Positions 1-9,773 of a DNA stretch of 36,399 bases are shown piece after piece (position 1 is the first letter of the stretch; each line of letters opens with the position of its first letter). This DNA is from a virus (taxonomy: Duplodnaviria; Caudoviricetes): IMG/VR virus record IMGVR_UViG_3300044262_000006, positions 1-36,399 of that record. One strand, 5' to 3'. Below the pieces are notes generated by a model. That model ran no database searches. It saw nothing but the letters and a program-made list of their open reading frames with translations, and had not been told where the DNA came from. The position numbers and the translations under genes were made by a program.

Positions 1-127
1 CACTCTAGGGCGCTTGGTATGCAATGCCTTGAGTGGGCGTTTTCGCGCCCAATCCTGCGTGTTACGACGAGCATTATCCAAGGGCTAGAGTCTGCGCGGA
101 ACTATTGCATTAAACTAGGCTTTCGCC
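1..127. repeat. 127-bp terminal direct repeat (copy 1), identical to 36273-36399; indicates a circular ~36,272-bp genome
   Basis: CACTCTAGGG...GGCTTTCGCC occurs at both ends, and the reading frame continues across the join. Confidence 0.97.
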
Positions 128-225
128 AGGAAGGGATAAAGCGCAGCGCTTGCGTTCAGGGCGGGGTATCTAAAGACGTTTACATTCTCGGCATGTTGCG
201 GGAAGATTGGGAGATGAGAACATGA
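1..225 (+). CDS. 3' part of GNAT-fold protein, P22 gp14-like; gene starts at 36036 and spans the circular join (153 aa total)
   Basis: In frame with ATG at 36036; C-terminal GNAT pattern ARNYCIKLGFRQEG; lies just before the ejection genes as gp14 does in P22. Confidence 0.8.
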   Translation, partial: HSRALGMQCLEWAFSRPILRVTTSIIQGLESARNYCIKLGFRQEGIKRSACVQGGVSKDVYILGMLREDWEMRT

Positions 226-899
226 GTTTCGTTGGCGATTTAGTTGGCGATATTACTAGCGGCATTACTGGCGCTAAGCAGGCCGGGAAGGCCGCGCGGG
301 CTGCTGGTGAGACTCAGGCGGCTGCCGCCGAAATGGGGGTGCAGGAACAGCGCAGGCAGTTTGATAAACTGGTTGAGCTGATGGCGCCATACGTTTCGGC
401 CAGTCCAGAATCTCTGGCCGCACAACAGGCCCTTGTCGGCCTAGGTGAGCCTGGGGCAGAGCAAGCGGCAATTTCAGGAATTGAGCAGTCGCCTATTTTC
501 CAAGCTCTTGCCAAACAGGGCGAGGCGGGGATGCTGCAAAACGCATCCGCCACTGGCGGCCTGCGGGGCGGGAATATGCAGGCGGCACTTGCGCAGTACA
601 GGCCGCAGCTTCTACAGCAGATGATCGAGCAGCGATACAACCAGCTCGGTGGGATAACGTCACTAGGTCAGGCGTCGGCTGCCGGCCAGGCATCGCAAGG
701 CATGCAGTCAGCCAGCAATATCTCTAATCTACTAGCCAACAGGGGAGCAGCTATTGCCGGCGGAACCATGGCAATGGGGAATGTGCCTAGACAGGCGTTT
801 AGTGATGCAGCAAACATTGCGTCAATGGTTATTGGAGGAATGGGCGGTGGAGGCGGCGGCATTGGCGGCGGAATGAAAAAGTCTCAGCCAATATTCTAA
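222..899 (+). CDS. DNA ejection (pilot) protein, P22 gp7-like
   Basis: Gly/Ala/Gln-rich, with motif LQNASATGGLRGGN; first of three ejection genes; ATG 222 overlaps upstream stop (ATGA). Confidence 0.8.
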   Translation: MSFVGDLVGDITSGITGAKQAGKAARAAGETQAAAAEMGVQEQRRQFDKLVELMAPYVSASPESLAAQQALVGLGEPGAEQAAISGIEQSPIFQALAKQGEAGMLQNASATGGLRGGNMQAALAQYRPQLLQQMIEQRYNQLGGITSLGQASAAGQASQGMQSASNISNLLANRGAAIAGGTMAMGNVPRQAFSDAANIASMVIGGMGGGGGGIGGGMKKSQPIF

Positions 900-911
900 C
901 TAGAGCGCAAT

Positions 912-2207
912 ATGTCAATCAATCCAATACAAGCCCCAGTAAATTACCTAGGCATGATGCCGCAGGTTGATCTTGCGCAATCATTTTCGCAATTAGGACA
1001 AGTCTTAGCCCAAAGACGGGCTGAAGCGCAAGCCGGGGAGGCTAAAGCCCAGTTTGCCGCAGACCTAGACGGCGCACAGAAAGACGGATCGCAGTCGGCT
1101 TGGCTGGGCATGATCGCCAAATATCCACAATTCCGCGAAGCCTTCGACACCGTGCGAAAGGGAGTTGGAGAAGAGCGGGTAAAAAACGAGTTTAACCAAG
1201 GGTTTGCGGTCTCCACGGCGCTAGAAAACGGTCGTCATGATGTAGCCGCCAACGAGCTCAGGTCCATAATCGCGGCCAAGAAAAACAGCGGGGAATCAAC
1301 AGCCGCGCACGAGCAAGCGCTCGGCTTAATTGAGGCTGGAGACCCAGAAAGCGTAAAAGCTGCTCAGGGAGGAGTTAATAAATTGCTTGCCGTTCTTGAC
1401 CCTGACCGCTACAAAAAAGCGGTTGAGGCAGGCAGCGCCGCGCCAATGGCTGAGGCCAAATTGAAGGAGGCTGAATCTACAGCGACAATCGCCGCCGCTA
1501 AAGCAAAGTTCGCTGAATCTGAAGCAGCAACAGAGCTTTCTAAAAAGAATTGGGACATCACAAAAATTCAGGAAGATATTGCGATTCAAAAAGAAAATGC
1601 GCGGATTGCGGCTGTTAATTCGGCAATCTCCAGAGAAACGAACGATCTAAAAAGGCAAGAGCTGGGGGTTAAACTTCAGGAAATGCAAGAAAAGCGCGAC
1701 ACATTGGTTCGTGAAAAAGCGGCTCAATTTGAGAATGCAGCGACTGATATTGATAACTTTTTGAATACAGCAGAAAGAATTATAAAAACTCCGAACAGTG
1801 TTCTAGAGGCAGCAACTGGGCCAATCTCCACAATGACGCCAACGCTATCACAAGACACCGCAAACTTTGAGGAATTGATAAATACGCTTAGCTCGCAGGC
1901 ATTTATATCTCAAATCCCAAAAATGAAAGGATCGGGCCAATTGTCTGATGCGGAAGGCAAAAAACTACAGGCAGCGCTACAGAGCCTAAGCCTTAGGCAG
2001 TCGCCGGATCGCCTTCTATCAAATGTTAAAGAATCTCAGCGTTTACTATTAAAAGTTCGCAACAACATAGCAAAAAGCGCAGGCATGCCGGCGTCTACTC
2101 CAGATATGCCGGCAGCGGCTGTTGCGATTTCCACGCCAGACGGGCAAAACCTTGTTTTTCCAAATAAGGCGGCGGCTGACGCATTCAGAAAGGCGGCGGG
2201 GCTCTAA
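912..2207 (+). CDS. DNA ejection protein, P22 gp20-like position
   Basis: 431-aa helical/coiled-coil protein with C-terminal KGSGQLSDAEG motif; synteny. Confidence 0.65.
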   Translation: MSINPIQAPVNYLGMMPQVDLAQSFSQLGQVLAQRRAEAQAGEAKAQFAADLDGAQKDGSQSAWLGMIAKYPQFREAFDTVRKGVGEERVKNEFNQGFAVSTALENGRHDVAANELRSIIAAKKNSGESTAAHEQALGLIEAGDPESVKAAQGGVNKLLAVLDPDRYKKAVEAGSAAPMAEAKLKEAESTATIAAAKAKFAESEAATELSKKNWDITKIQEDIAIQKENARIAAVNSAISRETNDLKRQELGVKLQEMQEKRDTLVREKAAQFENAATDIDNFLNTAERIIKTPNSVLEAATGPISTMTPTLSQDTANFEELINTLSSQAFISQIPKMKGSGQLSDAEGKKLQAALQSLSLRQSPDRLLSNVKESQRLLLKVRNNIAKSAGMPASTPDMPAAAVAISTPDGQNLVFPNKAAADAFRKAAGL

Positions 2208-4729
2208 TGGCGACCGATTACGCTGCGCTTGCTAAGCGGTTCGGCGGCAAGGTAGAGGCCACACCTGCTCCTACTTCAGATTCAGAGCCTATGGATCAGT
2301 CTAAGGCTGCTGCGGCTGGGACAGACTACGCGAAGATCGCCGCCCAGTTTGGCGGAAAAGTAGAGCAAGTTGCGCCACAGCAAGCAGAGCCAGAGACAAC
2401 GCTCGCCGGGCTTGGCGGGGCAATAACTCGTGGCCTTGCGCTCCCTGCGGCTGGTGCTGCGGCCGGGGCCGGGATCGGCGCGTTAGCTGGAGGTGTTGGC
2501 GCAGTTCCTGGGGCATTGGCTGGCGCTGGAGCGGCCACATTGGCGCAAGTGGTTGGTGATCCTGTTGTAAACGCAATAAATAGCATGTTTGGCACAAAGT
2601 ACACGCTGCCGACTGAGGCGATGGAAGACCTATTAACTCGTGTAGGCGTTGCACAACCACGAACACAAGCAGAACGGATTGTTCAGGCCGTTGCGTCTGG
2701 GGCTGGAGGAGCTGGCGGGATGGTGTCTGCTGGTCGGGCTATTCAGGCTGCGGCAGGGGCGGCCTCGCCAGTGGCTCGCGGAGTTGGAGGCATGTTGGCG
2801 TCTCAGCCTGGCGCGCAAATAGTTGGCGGCGCCACTGCTGGGGCTGCTGGACAGACTGCACAAGAGATGGGAGCGGGAACGGCTGGGCAAATAGCTGCGA
2901 CCATTGCTGGCGGGATGCTCCCGGTTGGGGTGGCGGCGGCCGTCCCTGCTGTGAGTCGCGCAATCGCAGGGAAAACAGCATCATCTGCAGCACGCGCCGC
3001 TGCGCCTAAGGCTGTTGCTAAGCCTGTTCCTAAGCCAACACCGCCTACTGCTGCTGCGGCCGCCCCAGCAGCAGTGCAGGCCGTCCCTGAGCAGCAAATC
3101 GCCCAAGTGGCGACGCAAGCCATTCCAGAGCAGCAAGTAGCCCAGGCAGCAGCGCAAGCAGTTCCAGAGCAAACGGCGGCACAAGTTACAACAGAAGCGT
3201 TTGAAGAAGTAGGGAAGCTAGCCAAAAAAGCGAGCGGAAACGCTCCAGGATCAGCGTCGGCTAAGGCAAGGCTGGCCGATCTAGCTCAGGTAAACCCAGA
3301 GGCGCGGGCGGCAGCGGATCGCTTGGGGATGGATTTGCCTTTTGATGTGTTTTCCGACAATCCTCAGGTTAGGGCCGCTGTTGGCCTCACCAGATCAGCG
3401 GCAGGTGGGGAGGCTGAAGCCGCATGGGTGAACACTGTGCGCAACGCCGTCAATAAGGCCGACGAAGTGGTGCAGAAATTCGATGCCGCGTTCGTTGATG
3501 GCAGGCCAGCAGCCGGGGTAACGTCGCAGCGCATCATTGATACACTGAAAAGCACACAATCAAAACTAGGGGATGATGCAAGCGCAATATATAGGCGCGT
3601 AGATGAGGCTGTGCCAAAAACATCTAAGGTGCAATTTACGAAACTAACTCAGACGCTAGACGATGTGCTTGGTGAGGTCGGAGAAAAAGGGCTTACCACG
3701 CAAGAGAAGAAACTATACGAGCTTGCAACAGACCCGTCGGCCACGTATGGGCGCCTTCTACGTGAGAAGAATCTACTAGGGCAGACTCTAGCAGGGAAAG
3801 ACTCGCCATACAGCAATATGGACGCGGCATCTCTGAAGCGATTATATGCGGCAATGGCTGAAGATCAGTTAGACAATGTAGCAAAGATTGGCGGCGAGCC
3901 ATTAAGACAAGAGCTACGCGCAGCCAATTTGTTGACTGCCAAGAAAAAAGCGCTAGAAGGCCGGATCATTAGCGCATTCGGCAAAGAGTCTGACGGCAGC
4001 GTGTCCACCCTCATGCAGTCTGCGATGCGATCCGCGGCAAAAGGAGATGCTGCGCAATTTAATAAGTTAATGAAGGTCGTTCCACCAGAGTTGCGAAAAG
4101 AAACAGTAGCCACCGCACTAGCTTCTGCTGCAACTTCAGGGAAGGCTACCCAAGAAGGCGCATTTGGGTTTGCTGAATTCACAAAGTTATACCGCGGTCT
4201 GCGCTCCAATCCGCCAGTGTACAAACAGATGGTTGAGGTTTTAGGGAAAGATGCCGACACCGTGATGCGCGATTTATATGAGGTCTCTCGCCGAATAACA
4301 GACGCACGTGCTCAGGTTATAACAACCGGGAAAGCCAATCAGGCTCTCGTCGAATCAATGGCGGCCGAGGGGCTGATCGGCAAGGTCATGAACACGCCAA
4401 CAGCGCAGCGCATTGTCACTGGGGCGGCTAGCGCGATGCCTGGAGGTGGGTTTATTGCGCCTGATATCGTTAGATTTATGACTAGCAGCAAAGCCGATGC
4501 AGTAAAGGCGGCCGGGAAATTATTTGCCAGTGATGAGTTCCAAAAACTGGCAATTGAGGCGGCTACAAAGGCGCAGCCAAGCCAAGCAGCGCTTCGCAGG
4601 GTTGCAATGAGTAAGGCGTTCATAGATTTTGCAAAAGCGGCTAAAATCCCGCAATCATTAGATGCGCGCGTGCAGTGGTTACAATCTGCCATCCAGGCGT
4701 CGCGCCAATCTGAACAGGAGCCCGAATAA
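2207..4729 (+). CDS. Large DNA ejection protein, P22 gp16-like position
   Basis: 840 aa with Gly/Ala-rich hydrophobic segments then a helical domain; lies between gp20-like gene and tailspike. Confidence 0.65.
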   Translation: MATDYAALAKRFGGKVEATPAPTSDSEPMDQSKAAAAGTDYAKIAAQFGGKVEQVAPQQAEPETTLAGLGGAITRGLALPAAGAAAGAGIGALAGGVGAVPGALAGAGAATLAQVVGDPVVNAINSMFGTKYTLPTEAMEDLLTRVGVAQPRTQAERIVQAVASGAGGAGGMVSAGRAIQAAAGAASPVARGVGGMLASQPGAQIVGGATAGAAGQTAQEMGAGTAGQIAATIAGGMLPVGVAAAVPAVSRAIAGKTASSAARAAAPKAVAKPVPKPTPPTAAAAAPAAVQAVPEQQIAQVATQAIPEQQVAQAAAQAVPEQTAAQVTTEAFEEVGKLAKKASGNAPGSASAKARLADLAQVNPEARAAADRLGMDLPFDVFSDNPQVRAAVGLTRSAAGGEAEAAWVNTVRNAVNKADEVVQKFDAAFVDGRPAAGVTSQRIIDTLKSTQSKLGDDASAIYRRVDEAVPKTSKVQFTKLTQTLDDVLGEVGEKGLTTQEKKLYELATDPSATYGRLLREKNLLGQTLAGKDSPYSNMDAASLKRLYAAMAEDQLDNVAKIGGEPLRQELRAANLLTAKKKALEGRIISAFGKESDGSVSTLMQSAMRSAAKGDAAQFNKLMKVVPPELRKETVATALASAATSGKATQEGAFGFAEFTKLYRGLRSNPPVYKQMVEVLGKDADTVMRDLYEVSRRITDARAQVITTGKANQALVESMAAEGLIGKVMNTPTAQRIVTGAASAMPGGGFIAPDIVRFMTSSKADAVKAAGKLFASDEFQKLAIEAATKAQPSQAALRRVAMSKAFIDFAKAAKIPQSLDARVQWLQSAIQASRQSEQEPE
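3077..3193 (+). repeat. Three tandem 39-bp coding repeats (QAVPEQQIAQVAT / QAIPEQQVAQAAA / QAVPEQTAAQVTT)
   Basis: Visible in DNA and translation, following a Pro/Ala/Lys-rich linker. Confidence 0.85.
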
Positions 4730-7587
4730 TGTCAGCGCTAAGCATCCAGCCAACCTACCAGATATTCACGGAGACAGACGGGCAGCCTCTTGAGAATGGG
4801 TATATCTGGCTTGGGCAGGCCAACCTTGACCCGCAGGGCAATCCAATTGCGGCGTACTGGGACGCAGCGCTCACAATATCAGCGGCGCAGCCTATCCGCA
4901 CAATTAACGGCTACCCGGCACGCAGCGGCACGCCGGCGCGCATCTATGTCAATAGTGACTACAGCATCAGGGTCATGGATAAGAACGGAAGCACTGTCTA
5001 TAGCGCTCCCGAAGCAACTGAGCGATATGGAAACATTATTAACGCTGGCGATCTTGTCTACACGCCATGCGGCGCTAATGCGGTTGCTACTACTGTCGGA
5101 GCCAAGCTGTGCCAATCTGTCTCTCTCACGGATTACGCATCACTGAAAGATGCGCTGGCTACTGGGCAGCGCGTCACCGTGCCATGCTCTACCGGAACGA
5201 TTAGCATTCTTGCAGCAGACTCTCCTTCGATCCTGCCACATCTACATATGATCGATGCAGAATGCGATCTAACGCTAGAACTAGCCGCCGGTGTTCACAC
5301 GACAACCACCGGGAATATCGCCAACGTCGGGCAGAATCAAAATATAACGCTTGAAGGCGCGACGCCAGTCTCCACCACATTGGTGGCGGTTAACTCGGTT
5401 TCTGGCTCTACTGGGAATTACACCGTAGAACTGCAACTTGCAAGCGCTGCCGGGATCACGGCGGGCGATTACCTAAAGCTAGACAATGTAGTGCCGCTGA
5501 TGACGTTGAGTGGCGATAACTCGGTATTTCGTGATCGCGTAGCACCTAATGAGCTAGGCAATCAGCTAGCTAATTTGACCACGATCACGGCGGCGTCTGG
5601 CGGTGGAACAGCGGCATGGGGCGCAGTCCTAAGCGGCGTTCTTTCTGACTATATTTCACCCGGCGATCTTCTTACTATTAAAGGCCAGACGAGGGTTGTT
5701 AACGTCGTTGGGGCGACCACCGTTTCTATTTTTGGCACATGGGATAGCGGCGTTACAGGGTCTCGCGCTTGGTATTTGAGCCGGCCAAACAGCGGCACAG
5801 TAAATACGCAGGCAGCCGCTCCTACCGGCACTGTTGGAACTGGCGGCGTGCCATTGCAGACGATAACAGGCGTTGGAACTCTGTTTTTGACAGAGGTTGA
5901 TCTAAACGATCTTATCCAGTACGGCACAGATTACGCTAAGGTCGTTGACATTGCCAGCGATACCAGCCTTACAGTTGATGCAGCTCTCACAATCCCGAAT
6001 GGGTCGGCGTTCTCAATTATCAAGCCAGACACCACAGTACAGGGCGCGGCCACTGCATTTGCTGCAGAGGCAAACGTCGGTGACGTGATCCTGGCTGATG
6101 GTGGTATGTCTGTCATCACAAATATAGGCGGATCGGCCACACTGACAGTGGCCCCAGCGATGAAACTTCCAATCGGCACTCCTTATTCAATTATAACTCC
6201 AGGCGTTGCGCATGAAGGAACACATGAGGTGCAGTCTGTCGTAGGAAATGTCGTCACCGTGACAAATAAATGGCGCGGCCTTTATGCGCCAGCCATCAAC
6301 CGAATCAGCGGCGGGGAAGTCAAGGCCATCAAAACAATACTCAGAAACACAGCTAGTGGCGACGGGTTATTTTTTGCTCAAAACGCATCACTAAAGTGGG
6401 TCAACAATCTAGTGCTAGGTGGCGATGGGGCGAGTGCAGGATCGCACGGTATTGCGCTAAATGGCCGTACAACTGAAGGCCCAACGCAAATTGGTCCGGT
6501 AGCAATGTTCAACGCTGGAGACGGCTTCGCGTCTGTAGCCTGGGGACGTGGCGCGTTCGTTGGGAATGGCTGCGTGCTACAGACGCGCAGAAGTCACTAC
6601 TGTGGGAATAATGAGTTCGGCGTATGGGCGCTAGAAGGGTCAACTGTAAATCTGCGAGAGGTCGTTGTTAGTGGGACAACTGGCAGAGGCGTTCAGGTTA
6701 ATGCCAACGCTAGCCTACTGTTTACGGAGGGGCACTCGGTAGGCAATGGCAGCGACGGGCTTTCCTCAGAGTCTGGGGCAACGATTTACGCTGAAATACC
6801 GTGCTTCTGGCAAAACGGCGTTATGGGCATGCGGTTCACCGGGGCAACTGGTGTGCATGTAAACGAAGGAATCACCGGGGTTAATGGAGCATCGGGCGTA
6901 TATGCGTCTTCTGGGGCTGTTGGCGACATCTCCAGGGTGCTGGCTGTAGGGAACCGCAGGGAGAACTTTGAGATTTTGGAAAATTGCAGCTTCGTTGCTA
7001 ATTCGATCTGGTCTACTGGCTGCACCGGGGCAACAGGCGGCGGGTATGGCGTTTCATGCTTGGGCAGCCGCATGAGTATGAGCAATGCCGCGCTGATAAA
7101 TAACGATGGCGGACCAGGCCGTTTTTCCGGTAGCGGGTGCAGTGTGGATGCCGCAACATCATTTATCGCCGGGGTCGAGAATGGGGGCATTCTGGCCACG
7201 AGCTTGGCGCGCGTAGTGTTATCTACTAGCGTTGTGGAAGAGTTCAGTGTTTCGCTCGGCGGGTATTTCATGCTGGACGGCGTTACGCCGTCCCCAGCGA
7301 TTGACCTGGCCATTATTGAGCGCCACATGCAGGCGTTCCAGGTTGTAAACTTCGGCGTTGTGCCTGGCAATGGGTCTTCAACTCAGACTATTACAGTGCC
7401 TGGGGCACAGACGGTAGATAATGCGTTTGTCTCAATATCTAATTCTGCGACGCTTATGCCTGACGGACTGTTGCTTGAGGCTGCCGTTACTGCTGCCGAC
7501 ACTGTATCAGTCAGAGCACAGAATAGAACAGGCGTTGGCATTGCTGCGAACGTAAGCCTACGGGTCACAGTGATTGGGTATTCATAA
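4729..7587 (+). CDS. Tailspike / receptor-binding protein with P22-type head-binding N-terminal domain and right-handed beta-helix
   Basis: N-terminus FTETDGQPLENGYIWLGQANLDP...QPIRT; C-terminal half has N/G-rich beta-helix repeats. Confidence 0.85.
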   Translation: MSALSIQPTYQIFTETDGQPLENGYIWLGQANLDPQGNPIAAYWDAALTISAAQPIRTINGYPARSGTPARIYVNSDYSIRVMDKNGSTVYSAPEATERYGNIINAGDLVYTPCGANAVATTVGAKLCQSVSLTDYASLKDALATGQRVTVPCSTGTISILAADSPSILPHLHMIDAECDLTLELAAGVHTTTTGNIANVGQNQNITLEGATPVSTTLVAVNSVSGSTGNYTVELQLASAAGITAGDYLKLDNVVPLMTLSGDNSVFRDRVAPNELGNQLANLTTITAASGGGTAAWGAVLSGVLSDYISPGDLLTIKGQTRVVNVVGATTVSIFGTWDSGVTGSRAWYLSRPNSGTVNTQAAAPTGTVGTGGVPLQTITGVGTLFLTEVDLNDLIQYGTDYAKVVDIASDTSLTVDAALTIPNGSAFSIIKPDTTVQGAATAFAAEANVGDVILADGGMSVITNIGGSATLTVAPAMKLPIGTPYSIITPGVAHEGTHEVQSVVGNVVTVTNKWRGLYAPAINRISGGEVKAIKTILRNTASGDGLFFAQNASLKWVNNLVLGGDGASAGSHGIALNGRTTEGPTQIGPVAMFNAGDGFASVAWGRGAFVGNGCVLQTRRSHYCGNNEFGVWALEGSTVNLREVVVSGTTGRGVQVNANASLLFTEGHSVGNGSDGLSSESGATIYAEIPCFWQNGVMGMRFTGATGVHVNEGITGVNGASGVYASSGAVGDISRVLAVGNRRENFEILENCSFVANSIWSTGCTGATGGGYGVSCLGSRMSMSNAALINNDGGPGRFSGSGCSVDAATSFIAGVENGGILATSLARVVLSTSVVEEFSVSLGGYFMLDGVTPSPAIDLAIIERHMQAFQVVNFGVVPGNGSSTQTITVPGAQTVDNAFVSISNSATLMPDGLLLEAAVTAADTVSVRAQNRTGVGIAANVSLRVTVIGYS

Positions 7588-7597
7588 AGGGGAAGCC

Positions 7598-8155
7598 ATG
7601 TTAAAGACAGTCGCAACACCGAGTGTGAAGTATGGGGACCAGACAATAACAGCCGGGAATCTTGTCATCGGCACGGCTGGCAATGGGATAGATTTTTCTG
7701 CGGGCTCAAATGCCGCAGGAATGTCCAGTGAATTGCTTGACGATTATGAAGAAGGAACATGGACGGTTGGGCTATTTGATGCCACGTCAGGCGGGAATCA
7801 ATCTGCAACCACAGTGACAGGGTATTACACTAAGGTCGGAAGATTGGTTACATGTAGCTTCGCAAATATGCTTAACATTGACACAACAGGGATGACGGCT
7901 GGAAATACGCTGACCGTCTCACTTCCTTTTGCGTGCGGCGCTACTGTAGGGACAGGAATCGGAGCGTGCAGCACAGAGGTATTTACATATGCCGCAGGTC
8001 GCACACAGATCAACCCTAACGCTGAGCAGGGTCAGACGCGCGCTACATTCATAACTACCGGGACAGGAGTTTCAAACGTATTTTTAACTGTAGCGGGCAT
8101 TACTACCGGAACGAGCGATATAGATCGCTTTACACTTACATACTTCACAACATAG
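7598..8155 (+). CDS. Tail fibre-associated structural protein
   Basis: LLDDYEEGTWT and YTKVGRLVT motifs typical of phage tail proteins; RBS AAGGGG before ATG 7598. Confidence 0.7.
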   Translation: MLKTVATPSVKYGDQTITAGNLVIGTAGNGIDFSAGSNAAGMSSELLDDYEEGTWTVGLFDATSGGNQSATTVTGYYTKVGRLVTCSFANMLNIDTTGMTAGNTLTVSLPFACGATVGTGIGACSTEVFTYAAGRTQINPNAEQGQTRATFITTGTGVSNVFLTVAGITTGTSDIDRFTLTYFTT

Positions 8156-8164
8156 GTGGCGCAA

Positions 8165-8410
8165 ATGAGTCTTAAAAAAGAAACTGTAATCGATAGGATC
8201 GAGATTCTATCTAATGGGGTTGTGCAGGTCAAAAAGCGCGTAATCGTTAAAGACGGTGAACAGCATGTGGCCGCGTCAATTCATCGGGTTGCAATTGCTC
8301 CTGGCGATGACTGCTCAACAGAGGCTGAACGAGTGCGCGCAGTGTGCGCGGTGGCGCACACTCCTGACGTGGTGAAGTCGTACAGATCACAGAATACTCG
8401 CGGGGTATAG
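8165..8410 (+). CDS. Small tail-associated hypothetical protein
   Basis: DRIEILSNGVVQV...HRVAIAPGDD pattern commonly follows tail fibre genes; start uncertain (8156 GTG or 8165 ATG). Confidence 0.6.
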   Translation: MSLKKETVIDRIEILSNGVVQVKKRVIVKDGEQHVAASIHRVAIAPGDDCSTEAERVRAVCAVAHTPDVVKSYRSQNTRGV

Positions 8411-8412
8411 AT

Positions 8413-8766
8413 ATGGCATCTAATTCTCAAATCGCGTTTGCGCCACAAGGCGAAACAGCTGTAGTTGCCGCTGCTGTTGTGGCTCCGGCTGGCGTGCAGG
8501 CTGGCGTATATGAAAAATTCGATGCGCAGGCTACTGGGCAATATAGGGTAGTAAATTCTGGGTCGGTGACTGTGTTTTTAGGTGTGGGCGTATCGGCTGC
8601 AGAGGCAACGGCTAATGCTGTTGCTCCGGTTTCCGGAAACCCGTCGCCGGCTATACCTATCGCGCCTGGAGCTGTTGAAATTCTGCGCTTCAACAAAGAC
8701 GCATATTTTAGCGGTCTAGCAACATCTGCGACTACCGTGTACATCACGCCGGGGCAGGGAATTTAG
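8413..8766 (+). CDS. Hypothetical virion protein (beta-rich)
   Basis: 117-aa ORF tightly packed in the operon; ends VYITPGQGI. Confidence 0.6.
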   Translation: MASNSQIAFAPQGETAVVAAAVVAPAGVQAGVYEKFDAQATGQYRVVNSGSVTVFLGVGVSAAEATANAVAPVSGNPSPAIPIAPGAVEILRFNKDAYFSGLATSATTVYITPGQGI

Positions 8767-8785
8767 ATACGAAACGGGGCACGCC

Positions 8786-9004
8786 ATGGATTTGGGGAAT
8801 GGGGAGATAAACCCTGTCAAATACGGGGTTTTGTGGCAAAAAGTGCAAGATATGGACAAAAAGATGGACAAGCTAGAAGCCAACGTTGAAGAATTGGTCG
8901 AGCTTGCAAACAAGTCCAAGGGTGGCTTTTGGTTTGGGATGAGTGTTATTTCTGGTATTTCTGCGATTGTTGGGTTTGTGCTGAGCCATTTCGGAAAGGG
9001 TTAG
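8786..9004 (+). CDS. Coiled-coil protein with single C-terminal TM helix (holin/antiholin-like)
   Basis: Coiled coil followed by GFWFGMSVISGISAIVGFVL; directly upstream of endolysin. Confidence 0.6.
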   Translation: MDLGNGEINPVKYGVLWQKVQDMDKKMDKLEANVEELVELANKSKGGFWFGMSVISGISAIVGFVLSHFGKG

Positions 9005-9005
9005 C

Positions 9006-9386
9006 ATGTACAGGCTAGGGGAGCGATCTAGATATAGGCTCAAGGGCGTGCATGCAGACCTGGTGAAGGTCGTCGAGCGGGCCATTGAGGTGACTACTGT
9101 TGATTTTGTTGTCCTGGAAGGTTTGCGCACGCCGGAGAGGCAGAAAATCCTAGTCGAGTCTGGGGCAAGCCAAACGCTTAACTCTCGGCATATTACTGGC
9201 CATGCAGTTGACCTTGGCGCATGGGTTGATGGCGAGGTTCGGTGGGATTGGCCGCTTTACCACAAAATCGCGTCAGCAATGAAAGAGGCCGCGAATGAAT
9301 TAGGCGTGCCAATTGTTTGCGGTGCTGATTGGCGGAAGTTCCCGGATGGGCCACATTTCGAATTAGATCGGAGGGTGTACTCATGA
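9006..9386 (+). CDS. Endolysin, M15-family L-Ala-D-Glu peptidase
   Basis: Zn motifs SRHITGHAVD and DGPHFEL; EGLRTPERQ. Confidence 0.92.
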   Translation: MYRLGERSRYRLKGVHADLVKVVERAIEVTTVDFVVLEGLRTPERQKILVESGASQTLNSRHITGHAVDLGAWVDGEVRWDWPLYHKIASAMKEAANELGVPIVCGADWRKFPDGPHFELDRRVYS

Positions 9387-9772
9387 TACAAGCTCTCATC
9401 CCTGTTTTGGCACCGATTATAGGCAAGGTTGTCTCAAACCTATTCCCTGACCCGGTAGAGCGGGCAAAAGCCGAAACTGAGGCTATGCGTCAATTGCTCG
9501 CGCACCAGAGCGAGATTGAGGAAGCCGCGGCTAAAATCATAAACACAGAGGCCGCCAGCCAGCATTGGTTAGCGGCCAACTGGCGGCCGCTGACGATGGT
9601 CACATTCACCGCGCTAATTGTCGCTCGGTGGATGGGGTGGGTTGCGCCAAACTTGAGCGAGGAAGAGTACCTAAAACTCTGGTCAATTATCGAGTTCGGG
9701 CTAGGTGGTTATGTAGTAGGGCGTAGCGTTGAAAAGATTGCGCCTGCCATCGCTGCATCGCTCAAGCGGTAG
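9383..9772 (+). CDS. Holin, 3-TM (GTA-type)
   Basis: EAASQHWLAANWRP...GLGGYVVGRSVEK; ATG 9383 overlaps endolysin stop. Confidence 0.8.
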   Translation: MIQALIPVLAPIIGKVVSNLFPDPVERAKAETEAMRQLLAHQSEIEEAAAKIINTEAASQHWLAANWRPLTMVTFTALIVARWMGWVAPNLSEEEYLKLWSIIEFGLGGYVVGRSVEKIAPAIAASLKR

Positions 9773-9773
9773 G

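Noticed and set aside
1-127. Terminal repeat as a biological direct terminal repeat
   Set aside because: 127 bp equals a common maximum assembler k-mer, it falls mid-gene, and a P22/Sf6-like packaging module suggests circular permutation.
240-8747. Many 60-190 aa minus-strand ORFs opposite structural genes, and similar shadows elsewhere (e.g. 10703-11215, 19358-19894, 35478-36026)
   Set aside because: Antisense shadows of well-supported genes, without RBS or recognisable motifs.
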